From positions 71,165-135,164 of the forward strand of contig NMRA01000056.1 of NCBI GenBank assembly GCA_002633005.1: a stretch of DNA of 64,000 nt. The letters are read 5' to 3'. Shown here piece after piece: positions 10,696 through 24,705 of this stretch (position 1 is its first letter; each line of letters opens with the position of its first letter). The DNA is from Phoronis australis. Lineage: Eukaryota > Animalia > Phoronida. Position numbers and translations under genes: made by a program. A model generated the notes under the pieces. The model was not told the DNA's origin. It worked only from the letters and a program-made list of their open reading frames with translations, and made no database searches.

Positions 10696-13600
10696 TGAGT
10701 TGATGATTTCAGGAGTATAGATGTGAACTGAAATGTCTACAGTATGAATGAATAGAAAGATGGATCTCAATATATGCCTATGAATGCTGGATCGGAAATT
10801 TGTCATCGTTTTAATACAACGACACGAACATTACTACGATTCAGCAGGCTTGCAAAAACTTGCAAAGACATGCCTCAAAGCGCAGAGGCGGGGAATTATT
10901 GTTGTTAATTAAGGCGCTACTGTGTTGGATAACGACAATTTCTTGTAAGATGGATCAAGACTTAGGATTGATTAAGTTCTCACTTCCCGTTTACAAAGAA
11001 GCTCTTCTTTTAGCAAAGGACGCTGTTTGAAGAAGAATCAATAATTGATCTTGTGTCTTTGAAGAAATTCTGAAATGCCGTGTTCAGAAAAAAAAATTAG
11101 CACGCGTGCGATGAATGTGCGTTTCATCTTTTCAGATACCCAACTATTTTCCGGGTTGTTGTTTTCTATACTTCCATTTGTCGCTTCAAAAGTTACGATA
11201 GCCCAAGGCAAAGATTAAAATTTTAAACCCAGCTAATGCAACACGTAATTTATCCATTTCGTACTGACATTATTGTCGTCTCATACACTGCCAATAATTG
11301 AAGCTCCATGTGGGCGCTGAAAATTACTGTCGCCCAAAACATATCCTTGACGAAACGAAGAAAGGTTATGAGGATTGGTTAAGAAATTTTACGATATACC
11401 CCGCTGGGTTGAAGTAATAATCGGGGAAATTTAGCTCTTAATAATAGTTCAAAAAGTCAGGCAGAATGTGTACTTATGACGTTCGGTTCGCTTTATTGTT
11501 CCATACGCGGTTTATACATTCATTGCCTGTCCTTTATAATATCGTATTACACGCACCGAAAGGTTGTCATTTGGCGCAAACTAAAACCTGTTTCCCATCG
11601 TGCCATCAATTGTGAGATATATTCTCAAGTCAAGGCAAAGAATTGTAAACTCATTATTTTTTGCAAAAAGTGATTTCGCCCCGACATCGAGGAGTAAAAA
11701 ACATCCATCTCAGGCGTGAGGGTAGAGTGAGTTAGTCAGAACATATTTAAAAGGAATACTGTCGGTTTTACGTATTTGAGAATGTTGTTGGATGGGATAC
11801 ACTTCCTGGAATTAGTACCTTGGGTACACAGGATTATGGCTACAAAACAACACCTGCCGCATTGTTTTTTTATTTTGTTGTGATTTTATTATAAATCGAC
11901 AATTCTCAGCCTTGTTCAGCAAACATTCGCTGAAATCAAGGCCGACGAAGTTACCAATTAAATACTTTGCGACATGTAATTTTATCGATTTACCTCCGCT
12001 ATGTTTGGCGGGAGTCCACGATTTGGATAGGCGCTGAGGCTGAAATCACCTGAAAATGACTTTTCTTGCTGATAGTGTCCCTTCCGAGACGATCTTACGC
12101 TATCTGTTCAGTATGTTTTTTAAAGTTACGTATTCTCAGTTGTTACAAAGTTGTTAAAATTCTTTTTAAGTCTGCTTCTCAATGTATTTGATTTATGTTC
12201 AACAAATTAATCTTGTGTATTGGTCCATTTCACCTCGCCAGTAGACTTAGGACAGTTTATGTGTTACAGTGCTTTACGCGGAAATACTATACAATAATTG
12301 GTCAACATTTACGTTCTTATACTACACTTTAGACTTCAAAATGTGATAATAAGTGGCGCACTGCCCTTAGTTGAAGCGGCACAATTGGTTTGACGGCGGA
12401 AAAACTAATTTTGAGGATTATTTTTAGGTAGAAGTGAATTCTCAAAGTCGCATTTATCAGAGCTCTAAAACAGCAAAATCTGTTTCTGTTTTTATGATTC
12501 TATTACTCAAACCGCTGTTTCTTAACAATGGCTGGCAGTCTCAGCTAATTGAAATCGAGGCGACAACCTCATCAACTGTTTCGTTGCTAGTCACCGTGAA
12601 AATGATCGACGCAGGCAATGTGTTGTGCTGATTGGAACCGGTGTCACGGGAAATAAATTTCCGTAGGAAATAAGTTTGCCAGTAAGAAGTTCCCTGAAGC
12701 ATTCGTTCACGGAAAACACAACAGTTAGTTATATGTGTCCTGTTCATAAATGAATAACTGTTCATCAATTTTGTTATCGTATTTTCTTGGATTCTGCAGT
12801 TACTTGAGGGTCCTATAGTTATCAAAATAATCTGAATTTGAGCCAGATCAGTGCTGGGTATTCCTTAGGTTTTTAACTTACTGATTTGATGCAAAAACCA
12901 GATAGTGGCAAATACTGACTTACTCAGATGAAAACTCTTCGTATATCCTCTAATAAATAGAAAAGAGATGTATTCGTAAGAGAAGTCAGGAAACTTATTT
13001 CCTAGGGAAACTTATTTCCGGTGACACCAGCGTGAAGAAAGCCAAAGGCTAATCAATATGTGAGAAAAGAAGCGAAGAGCCAAAGCACATTGGATGATTA
13101 ACATATCCAGCTCAACTTGACAATAAGCAAGTGGGAACGACATCGAACTCTGGAATGTCGCGCAAAATGTAGTCAGTTGGACTGGAGTTTGTTTCCCGGG
13201 AATCCGGGACTGGACTTTGATCACTGGGTAAGCCTGAGTATTCCCGGCGTCTTTATGGAGTTTATAGCCACGAGTCTTGGGATTTGTACCAACAGTACTA
13301 CAGATAAACCTGTGTGTTACTAATTTGTACTGCTGGTAGGGTGTTTGCTGGTTCGGGATTCATGGCTGCACAGGTGTTTTAGAAGGTCTTAGCTGGATAT
13401 TTAGAGGAACACCCATGGATGATCGTTTCCACCTCCTGAGTTCTCATCGATCGGAAGATACTGAAATAGTAATACACTAGCGTAAAAAACAATCAACGCC
13501 ATAGTTCAGTAGTCTCTCTTCTACGCAAAATGTGTACCGTCTTCAACAAAATTTAAATTACAATTCTGTATGCGTTAGTGTTTCTTTATTTACTAATGTA

Positions 13601-14573
13601 CACTGATTTTAGAAAATGTTGACCTGACAGCGCCATTCCACTGTGGCGGCCATTTCATTAGTGAGACAAAATTAAACTTAAAATTCTGGGATAGATTTCG
13701 CTTTTATCTGAAAAATTGATAGCATGTTGGATGAGCTTTTATGGTCTCTTGTATCTAGTTGTTAGATTAACAAAGTACCTCAAACATCCCGCGGGTCTGG
13801 AGCACTTGGTGCACACGTTTAGTATTTCAAACTATACCGTACACAATGCAATGGGCGTTCGTCCGCCTTTACTTAAATCCAATTTGCAAAGGATTCGCGA
13901 TTAATCTCACTAACACAGTTTCTATCAAAAACACCCGCCCGTTTAAAGGTACTCTTTCCGAGTCTTTCAAGTTTAAAAGCTATGAAAGGAATTTGACTGC
14001 AAATCAATGAATCCAAATGAAGTTAAAGCTTAACTGCAAAATGATGCTCTTTTAAAACAAAATAAAATGTTTTCAAACTCATCAGAGTTAAATGTGAAAA
14101 TTCAAAAATAATTCTGCACTTTCTTGCGGAGCACCAGCAAAATGGCCGCCACGATTGGCAATATTGAACTTCTCACTTTTTCCTGAACTGCCAGTAAATG
14201 ACACGTATATATGCAGGGCCGTAAGACCAAATGTTCCTTTATCAGTTAGGATTGTTTCTCCATTGGTGAAACTCTTCAAAGAATGTTTTTAAACGTTAAA
14301 TATTTCCATTCAAAACGAATGCCCAAAGTAGAAAAGTATCTAAGGAATGCACTACAACGACTGTTACTCCTATTCCAACCGTGGTATATTAATGGTGCAC
14401 TTCCTTTTAGATAAAGAATTAGTTTTATCACTAAATTATAAATGTTTCGTAAATTACAGCTCTGTCAGTGTTTCTATGGTTACAAAAAGTGAAATTCGTA
14501 GTTATCGTCACCTCCAATCAATTCAGCACCTGAAATTCAAAAAGTAAACTAAATATTTTATGTAGAACTTTGT

Positions 14574-15455
14574 TCATCGAAAAATGATGACATGTTGAAA
14601 GAGTGGGAATAAGTATTGAATAAAATGCGAAGGTCCATTTGATGAACTTGAAGAGAAATGGATGGAATAAAGTATATTTAACGACTAATAGTCATTCGTG
14701 GAGGTCCCATGCATTTAGAAACCACAGATACTTCAAGAAAGAAATGCACGGGCTACAAAAGGCCATGACCTAAGGATACAAGAATCCCTAAAAGCTATGT
14801 CGACCCTATTGGCAGACACTACCACTGGGTTGATGACACAATCGGAATTTTAATAGAAACAACAAACCACGCAGGCTATGTGTATTTTCCCGGTATCATC
14901 CATCGAAATTTGGTGGAACTCGGAATTCCGGCAATTCGTGTCCCAATGGAAAAATACACGAGATTACTTCCACCAATTTTCACATGGGAACGACACTATT
15001 ACCTTCGAGTATACACACTGCAAAGATGGATTACGTAACAAGATATTGTGTCTCAAGCTATCGTCAAGGGGCGGAATTGGATGGAAGTCGAACACTGGTC
15101 AGGAACTCAGGGTGGTGTTCTTGACTTTTTGTTGAAAAATTCTACAGCTTCAATGGATTTCAGCGATTCGATTAGCGATTTATCAGATCATCGTCAAGTG
15201 AAATGACGGCAAACCACGAGCTAGACATTGGTACATTCACAATAATTAATTGAGTCATTTGAAATAATTAGGCCAATTACGTTCCAATTGATTATCAATG
15301 CCGAGATATGAGCCCACGATCTTCTGATTTACATGTGATATTAGTGACGTAATTAACTAGTTTAGACTATTAATTATTGGCTACACCTGATTTACTTCGA
15401 TCGGTGGTTCAGCCGACTCAACAGGGTAAGACATCTGATTGGTACGTCAGCCGGA
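14574..15455 (+). repeat. 882-bp direct duplication, copy 1 (left of the N at 15456)
   Basis: Runs TCATCGAAAAATGA...GTCAGCCGGA, colinear with 15457-16338; roughly 20-25 substitutions counted by eye and equal length. Confidence 0.95.
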
Positions 15456-15456
15456 N

Positions 15457-16338
15457 TCATCGAAAAATGATAACATGTTGAAAAAGTGGGAATAAGTATT
15501 GAATAAAATGTGAAGGTCCATTTGATGAACTTGAAAAGAAATGAATGGAATAAAGTATATTTAACGACTAATAGTCATTCGTGGAGGTCCCATGTATTTA
15601 GAAACCACAGATACTTCAAGAAAGAAATGCACGGGCTACAAAAGGCCATGACCTAAGGATACAAGAATCCCTAAAAGCTATGTCGCCCCCATTGCCAGAC
15701 ACTACCACTGGGCTGATGACACAATCGGAATTTTAATAGAAACAAAAAACCACGCAGGCTATGTGTATTTTCCCAGTATCATCCATCGAAATTTAGTGGA
15801 ACTCAGAATTCCGGCAGTTCGTGTCCCAATGCAAAAATACACGAGATTACTTCCACCAATTTTCACATGGGAACGACACTATTACCTTCGAATATACACA
15901 CTGCAAAGATGGATTACGTAACAAGATATTGTGTCTCAAGCTATCGTCAAGGGGCGGAATTGGATGGAAGTCGAACACTGGTCAGGAACTCAGGGTGGTG
16001 TTCTCGACTTTTTGTTGAAAAATTCTACATCTTCAATGGATTTCAGCGATTCGATGAGCGATTTATCAGATCATCGTCAAGTGAAATGACGGCAAACCAC
16101 GAGCTAGTCATTGGTACATTCACAATAATTAATTGGGTCATTTGAAATAATTAGGCCAATTACGTTCCAATTGATTATCAATGCCGAGATATGAACCCAC
16201 GATCTTCTGATTTACATGTGATATTAGTGACGTAATTAACTAGTTTAGACTATTAATTATTGGCTACACCTGATTTACTTCGATCGGTGGTTCAGCCGAC
16301 TCAACAGGGTAAGACATCTGATTGGTACGTCAGCCGGA
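15457..16338 (+). repeat. 882-bp direct duplication, copy 2 (right of the N at 15456)
   Basis: Same start and end sequences as copy 1; the junction between copies is exactly the single N. Confidence 0.95.
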
Positions 16339-16444
16339 AGTCGTCCTCTGGGCCAGCTAAAACCGTTACACGAGGGAACAGTTATCGTTACGGTGCGAGT
16401 TGTCACGGCGCGACTTGCAATGCATTTGCCCATTATATCACAAA

Positions 16445-16598
16445 CTGCCTCCCGTTCAGTAACGCTAGGACCTCGCTAAAAAGCAAGACTTCGCGAGATT
16501 ACGTGAGATATTGCCGTGTATTTTAAATGAAAACACGTGACTTTGACTAGGTTTTAGGTAGGTCTTAGCGTAGGTCCTAGCGTCTACTAAACGCACGC
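16445..16598. mobile_element. Harbinger-like MITE family A, copy 2
   Basis: Highly similar to 5661-5810 along its length. Confidence 0.75.
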
Positions 16599-19592
16599 CC
16601 GGATCAGCATGAGTCATTTACACGAAAACTGTATGCGTAACTATGCTCGTATAAACAATAGCGAACTTCCAAACCACCTGGACGGATCACTTGTTGCGCT
16701 ATTACGCAAGCGTAACAGAGATGATCCCTTCCACCTCAGTTGCCTCAGTTTGTGTTAAGACGTCTAATGAACCTGGAGCAGCTGATCAGAGTGCAACTCG
16801 ATCGCTCTACCTCTCAAACCGTTGTCAGAAGTGGCCGCCGCGGTCATTGTCAACTTGCCCTGTGTCAGTCGTGTTCACACACACACACACTTGCACCCGA
16901 TCAGCTGTTCCGTGTTAGCTGCTCCGTGACAACCGTCTCCCGTGTAAATGCAGCTAATACAATCAAGTGCGCGGGCGCCATCTAGTCAAAATTAATTTCG
17001 GGAAGTTATAAACCAGCGCAAGATCATTCTAGAAATGTTTACCATGCCACAAGACTTTTATTTCGTCGGGTATAGATAATGGCACAAAAACGAACCTGTT
17101 CGCACAAACAAATTTCAATTTGTTAAAAGTGAATATGAGTGCTCCTGTTGTTTTTCCAGCGGTGGGTAAATGCGATGTATAACGCCACTGAAGGTTGTTA
17201 TGCGACAACTATCTTGACGCGGATGTTGGTGCAGTGCGGGAACAACTGAACAACAAACGATCCCTCTGGCTAGACAATTATTTTGAAGAGTTGCCCTTGT
17301 TGTTATAATTGATTCTGGAATCATTTTACGTCTGTTGCTGATACTAAAAAACTCCTATTCACAAACAAGCTGTGTGAAAAAACGGGTACAATTTCCATAC
17401 TCAAACTCTATATCATATCATTTTTTACCATTTTCTATGCTACTTTAGCACGCACTCAAGGTGTGTGTATTCGAGTATAATATAACGGTTTAGGAAGATG
17501 ATTTTCCAGCTCAAGTTTTCTACCAACTCGATTAGTTCAAATTTGAGATTTCGAGCTCGTACTCAATTTTGTAGCTTTAATGCGGAGTTCACCGAGTGCC
17601 AACAAGGACTACACATCCATCCACGTGAACCATAATACACTGGAGCACAGAATAATTGAAAACTATCTCCAAGTTATTTCTGAAATGAACAAAAGTCCTA
17701 GTTTGCTGAGTTCGGGGGTTAGACCCCGCTCGTTGAATCAAGTTTATTATAATGTGCTTGTACAATTTTCCTAGCAATTGCATTGTATTCTTCTGCCAAA
17801 AACAAAGTAAGCTTAACCATCCACACGATCGTTGAAACCTGCGTAAACAGAGCCCAACCCACCTTCAAAGACTGGCAGGTCTGTCAAAAAAGACATTTCT
17901 CAATCGAAAATCAGTTTTTACACATCGGTTTTAAAGCTATACTGGGTTCGGGACTCCATCCGACTTTATAAGTTTCATTTTTTATAAATTACATTCAGCT
18001 TTCTCACAACAAAAGCTGCTGGCATCACAAAGAATTTGGTCAAAGCCAGAATTCCCCTCTCCAAAATGGCGCTCTACATTTTAAAGCGACTGTAAAACTT
18101 CTTGTGAGGTTTATGAATCAGGCTTTGCTTCTCGATGAAACCTGTGTTTCAATTACTTTTTGACCAAAAATTTGCTTTATCGAATGTTCAGTTGAATCTA
18201 CAGAATAAAAAAATAGACGAGACGGTATGGCAAGACATAGACATAGGAAAATGTGACCTTTGACCTTTGATATAAACAAACCAATGGCGACTTCAAACAC
18301 CAGCAAGTCCTATTAAAAGGAAATTGATGTAATTCCTAACTGTTTAAAATTAGTTATAAAGGTATCGTAGTAGTCAAATATATTCTAAAATGCACCTGGA
18401 ATTATTTTTAGGAAATTGCTTTCAAGTTGGAGGGGGATTGGAAGCTCTGAGGTGAATACAGCTTTTATCTATTATAAAAAACGTGAATTTTGTGATTTTT
18501 TCTGAAAATTCCCTTGTTTAAAAGATATTTTTGATGAGCTTTGGCGTTCCACACTTCCGTTATAAATTGGTAGCCGTTTACATGTATTAAATTTAACCAC
18601 GAAAAAAGTTTCAATTTCTTTGAAGAATGGTCAAAAACACAAGCGAATGATTCTCAGTTTAAGACACGCACATATCTAAGGTATAGCCACAAAGCTCCCA
18701 GTATAGAAAAAAAATTCTTAGAAGTAACGCATTGCGTCGGGAACACGTACGCAAGCAAGAGCAGACGCATTCACAGGCAACAAAATACCACCAAAAGCTA
18801 CTAATTCGCTACTCATCATAGCACTCATGGATATTATCTTATCTAAGAACAGTTGTGATTTAAAATATGACGAAACAGATTTTCGTTGCCTTACTGCTCC
18901 ATGGAGATCATTACTAGCTTTTCGATGAGCACGAAACACTACTGCCGAAAGATGTTCATCTACAGTACAAATATATCATCGGTTTCGCCCAAAGGTCCGG
19001 ACTGTCACCATTGCGTTTTCAACGACCCAGCTTCTTTGTCAAATTTCATCCGTACTTTATTCAGCCGGAAAACTGCAGACAATGGCGCTAATTTTGACTT
19101 TTATTGAGGCACGCACTGACAACAGAATTCCCCAATGTATCATTCTCCTTTGTTTGAATTTAAGATTTCCAAGCATTGTTCAGCGAAGATCTTTAGATAG
19201 GGGAAAGTGCTACTTTCCAAATCTATTTTAGAGTATTTACTTAAAGGATCAAAATATTTACGTTAGGTTGCAAATGCTTAATGAGGTCAACTCAGTACCA
19301 TTTCTTAAAGTGGCGTACATATTTTATTCGCCAAGCATTTACTGTCATACATTCAAATATATGTCCGTTTAAACTTAATCGTAGGTTCGTCATTCGATGC
19401 TGTGAAAGTCACGGAATAGTGGATATTATAGAGGTTTCGCAAGGTGAACGTGAATTATCACGCATATATATAATTGCGCGTGCCTATTCACGTTACGGTA
19501 AGATAAATGGGTTTCGCAACAGCGACTAAATGTTAACGTGACGTAATATCAGTATCCACCTGCTGAGGCCACAGCCCTAACAATGAGATCTG

Positions 19593-19742
19593 GGTAGAGT
19601 TCAGTAACGCTGGGACCTACGCTAGGACCTCACTAAAATTTAAGCCTTCGCGAGATTACGTGAGATATTACCATGTATTTTAAATGAGAACACGTGACTT
19701 TGGCTGGATTTTTTATCATCAAGACAGCTACTGAACACTACC
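19593..19742. mobile_element. Harbinger-like MITE family A, copy 3, with CTG target-site duplication
   Basis: CTG|GGTAGAGTTCAGTA...TACTGAACACTACC|CTG, a CWG-type 3-bp TSD; internal core shared with copies 1 and 2. Confidence 0.75.
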
Positions 19743-21954
19743 CTGGTGTGAGCAAACAATACAAAAAAAAAAAACACAATAGGGTAGCTAATTCATCACA
19801 AAGGAACTAAATTTTATACGAAAACGTCTTAGTTTGCCAAACGTTCCAATTTCCAAATTCTTATTTAAAGGCGCTCTTAGTACACCCTCTTTTCCAATGT
19901 AAAGGGTCTTGTTTGATGTCCCCGTTGCCGTCCATATTCATAGTTCTACATTTAATTGTTAATTCACTCACTTTGGATAACCATAGAGATGATTCAGGTT
20001 CGTGTATGAAAGGATCATATGGATTTTTCGTTTGAACCGAAATTGAAAAATTAGGAAATCGAACCGATTTTCGATGTTTCAATTTTTCGTTTTTCAAATT
20101 TCTCCGGCAAATCGAAAATTGAGTTAATTATTGATTTTTCCGTTTTGTGAAGAAATGAACATCGTTTTTGCTCCAAATAACTTGTAAAGTGCTGAGTTCA
20201 GAACATTAAGAAAACGGCTGAATTTTAGACTTTTCGTTAAGGCACATTTCTTATCCAGCCCTATGATAAAACCATGGCAACTGTCGATTGTTTTGATTTA
20301 AATACTATCGTTATACGTCTGCAAAACTTGCAGGGATATTTTTGGGGCCGCGTACCGCGTCATTGGTGAAAAAGTAACTTTGGAGCACGTGACTGTGGTT
20401 TGCCTCTACACCAATCATTAGCCCCAAACAGAAATATCAGACGAAATTACGCGCGTGAAAAATGGCGCCCAAGAAAAATTAAGGAATTATTTTACGAAAC
20501 ACATTGACTTCCGACGCCGTCTTGTCCAAGCAGTGTAACTGGGAAAGTCTCATGTAATGATCGTAGTTGAAATTCATGAATCGTAGAGATTGACCTAAAG
20601 CCTCTCGTGGACACCAATTAGCAATAAAACACCGGGTATAAGCGGTGTGAGCAAGAAGTGACACTCCTTGGTGTGAGTCTCCAATAAATGCTAGGTTTCC
20701 TAAAATGCGCGGAAACATATTATTAAGGCACTCTTTTATCAAGCATTCGCGGGCAATACTCGTTGACATGGTGATGAAGGCAGCAGAACGCGACAAACAC
20801 TGAGGAGCGGGTGTTTGATTCCTGTCTGGACAAAAAACACTGACCAAAGTTCTACAACACTTCTCATGGCGTCTTGCCAAAACGTGTTGCGGGAGTCATC
20901 AATAAACGACACGCCCGGGGCCAGGGTGCTGTTGAACGAATATTCTCTTCTTAAAGTTAATTATAAATATCAATGCCTTTGTTGGTCTTACTCTTAAGCT
21001 TACACAGGGTGTAGCACAGTCGCAATCTGGAGTAATGGGAAAACTTGCTGCCAGAATTTATGTTAAAAATATCCACAAAACATTTGAAACATTTTAAATA
21101 GTTTAATGGTTGGGATTTAGAAAAAATGCCATTGGGTAGGTTTTTATAAGAAAGGGAATGAAGAAAACACCCAGATCAATGCAAGCTCTGTGTACTACTA
21201 GAGGTGTTTAAACACAAGCAAATCTAAATCATGCAAACAATGCAAGAAAAACCCACGAAAACATGAACGGCAGACACAAAAATTGATGATCCACAGGTCT
21301 TCAAGTTGACTCATAGATTTGAGATTCTGTGGTCCAGTTAAAACATTTTTCTAAAATGAACCCTGAACATGGACTGTTCCAATGTCTTCTCCGAGCATCC
21401 CATGGAAGTTTTATAAAATCTCTCCTCAACGTTTTGGGTAAAAATAAAAAAAAAACAATCTCTTAGTTGACTAACCGGACGAGTGATCGCTGTGCGATCG
21501 AAAGCCCAAACATATGGGCGGCGTATCATAGAGGGCGTATTTCAATGCTGCACCACCCATGATATTCTCCTTCCGTGGATTATTTAACGGAAAATGAAAG
21601 AATTATTGACTTCATACTCGGCCAATGTGTTGGTCATTATCCCCTTATTGGAGGTCTGAACACCAGCATACTGACCTCTGTGAAAATTAATGATTGTATA
21701 TTTACTTTTTCCAAAGCTTGTATTCACATTTGTTTTTTATAATGTTTTGTACCTATGTTGTGTGAAAAGTCCTTTGAAAAAGGTTGTTCGTGGTGCTTTA
21801 AAATCAATGAAAAAACGTAATTGTTTACTATATTTATATCAACAGAAATCACTTGATGACCTGCGATCTGATCCATTTCGAGGATGAAATTTTGGAACAC
21901 AAATTGTAACTCTTGACTAACAATTGATTGGTCATGTTCGTAGCCGAGGGGGGA

Positions 21955-22012
21955 TGCAGTGCGGTGCAGGGCAGTGTCGTGCGGTGCAGTGTGATGTGGG
22001 GCAGGGCGGGGC
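21955..22012. repeat. Degenerate GC-rich pentanucleotide microsatellite ending at an assembly gap (N at 22013)
   Basis: Units GCAGT/GCGGT/GCAGG/GTCGT/GTGAT in tandem. Confidence 0.8.
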
Positions 22013-22984
22013 NCTCGGATCCCTCGGGCTTAAGTCTTCGTATTTGTAGCAATCGTGAAGGTTTATAATCCACGATCTTTCAGATACAGTGTCTGATATG
22101 TTTCCACAGTACACTGGCACAGCTCTATAAAAGTTCGTAGAAACTATCATCTGGGATACGTTCCGTAGGTAAAGATTCTTTCGCTGAGAAATATGAGATC
22201 ACGGAAGACCATGCAAATGACGTGGCGAGGTAATTCGAAATTTTACTCGCGTATGATTAACACAATGGCCGCTAAGCTGCAAAAATATTATGCTGTTTGA
22301 CCACCCTCCATACGGTACTTCAGCGTATTTAGGCCCAAAAATATTATCTTAAGTTGCACCTATGAATATTAGGCGTACTTGAGCTAAAAACATGAAGTAC
22401 AATTTTAAATAGCTTGTGCGTGCGTGAAAAAAAAGGTAGATGTCGAAGTGTTATTGCCGTCTCCGGTCGTCGAAAAAACTGAGTTTCATCAGATTTACTG
22501 CTATTGTTCGACCCTGAGGATGATTTCTAGGCCCTAGAGAAGAACTAACATTTCGGTAGTGCTTTAGATCATCATCAGGCTCGGCGCCGCGCCATGACAA
22601 GCCAGCATTGATGAGACTCATCTCAAAGCAATTATTTATAACACTGACAGCTCAGTTCTCCTCACTAGCCCAGTAATCGCCCCTAAGCTGTGTAACCTGG
22701 GAATAAATTGATCCTGGGAGCAACGAATAAGTTTATACTAATTTTATAACCGTAAGGAAAACGGGATTATTTCCACTTTACCTATTTAAATGAAAATAAT
22801 GTGAATAAAAGACGTAAAGAAAACACGTAAATGAGGAAGACAAGCGCGTACTACACAAGGCGGCCCACCATGAGAAACTCCTGCCTGGTCTAAGGCAGTA
22901 CCCCTATTAGCTGTCGAAGATTTGTTGCATGCGTATATTTGCCAAACAACTGTTTTGGATGCAGGCGCATGACTTTGTGCATAG

Positions 22985-23920
22985 AAAGCGATTTTTTCAA
23001 GTAAACGTCTTCAGTCAAAATGTGGACGACTTTCAACGAAAATTGCACTCGAAATTTTTGATAAAATGGTATGCCCAATCATTACCTATGGCGGTGAGAT
23101 GTGGGGATTTAAAGAATATTCTAGTATCCGAGTCCAATTGAAATTCTGTAAGCAACTGTTGGGAGTTGGGAGTAACTGTTAAAATCATGCTGTCCTGGAA
23201 GAACTGAGAAGGTATCCAATTTATGTAAAGCTGTTTATTAAACTGATCAAGTATTGGTTTAAATTGTTAAAAATGCCAGCATGAAATCCAAAATCAGTCT
23301 ATGACAAGCTTGTCACATTGGGTGAGGCTGGTGGGAAAATTTGGCCTTCAGCTGTTAGGAATTTGCTGCAAAGATATGGTTTTGGTTTGGTATGGTACAA
23401 TCAGGGAGTTGTAATTTTTGAGCAGCGAATTAAAGATTGTTTTTACAAGATTGGAGCGTTGCTGTGGAGAATAGCTCAAAACTTAATACATTTTCCTCGT
23501 TTAAAATTGATTTTGAAATAGAATCCTATCTGTTGCGTGATATTCCATATATCTTTTTAGCAGCTATGGCTAAATTACGTTGCTCCACTGAATTATAACT
23601 TGATGATAGAGAAAGGTAGACATGCTCTTGTGGACCAAAATACAGTGTGTGTTGCTTCTGTGTGTCCCTAATTGAAGATGAATACCATTTCATATGTGTT
23701 TATAAAAAGCACTGTTCTCTGAGAACTGTATTTATACCTAAGTGGTGCTGGCGTGAACCAAACAATTTGTAAAGCTAATGAAAATGTCGGAGCCTATTAC
23801 TCAGATTAACCTAATGAAATTTGTATTTCACTCCACTGCCCTCAGGAAAAAGCTGTTCAGCGTTATCCTATAAATTTCATGTAACATGTGGGCCAAGGTT
23901 TTAAAGTGTTGATAATAAAC
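22985..23920 (+). mobile_element. 5'-truncated, decayed non-LTR retrotransposon (RTE-X/CR1-L2-like) ORF2 C-terminus and 3' UTR
   Basis: Frameshifted and stop-containing translation: 'IALEIFDKMVCPIITYGGEMWGF..QLKFCKQLLGV..N*..AVLEELRRYPI..IKYWFKL', 'AMAKLRCS', 'LMIEKGRH', 'CCFC..IEDEYHFIC'. These are typical post-RT thumb and C-terminal Cys/His motifs. AATAAA at 23914-23919. Confidence 0.85.
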
Positions 23921-24705
23921 TAGTAGACTTTGTGCCTAAAAACGCGCGTATAATACATAAAACTGCGGTATATTTCCTCCATGGCAATACAAAAAACAAA
24001 ATCGAAACTAGGCCACTTATGAAATCTGTCTCGAAAAAAATCTCTGCCAGCCATTTCCAATAAGTTGATAACTTCAGTATAATCGCTACTGGGTATCTTC
24101 CCATACCAATTGAATGTTGAAACCGGTGATGTCGTGGGCAAGAGATGTTTCAATTAAACACCAGAAGCATGTTAAAATCATTTGTTTCGCCTTGTGTAGT
24201 TGTACTTTAATAGTCTATCAGGCAGCTCTAAAATAATAATTTGCAACCGTATGCAAATTTGTTTAGATCAAGATAAAGTAGTGCCGCATCCCGGTACTCA
24301 GATCACCGGCTGGCCTTGTTGTTAAATGCCAGACTAAGGATGAAGTTACATACACATGGAGAAAATGTAAATTTGCATTACCGCTGCAAATATAGAGTAA
24401 TATTTTTTTCTATACAAAAACTGCATTTTAATGGACCCGACGCGTACACAGATGCTGAGTGGAATCAACGCGGAGTTTTCCGTCTCGCATCCAGCCTCGT
24501 TCATGAGTAGTCTACCCTCTGAAACAGCACCTTTAGAAGAGTGTATTTAGTAGTCCGGCAAAGTACTCGAAAAAGAGACCTTTTCGTCTAATTTTCCATA
24601 CCAAAAACTGTCTGTTTTATGTTTGCAATGCATTTCAACATTTTCATAAAGGTTAAAAACGACGAACATTTGAAATCATCGTCTTCATCGAAAATGAGCC
24701 CAAAT

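Noticed and set aside
14878-16145. Duplicated short ORFs suggesting a tandem gene pair
   Set aside because: By-product of the 882-bp duplication across the N; no recognisable domain or splice structure.
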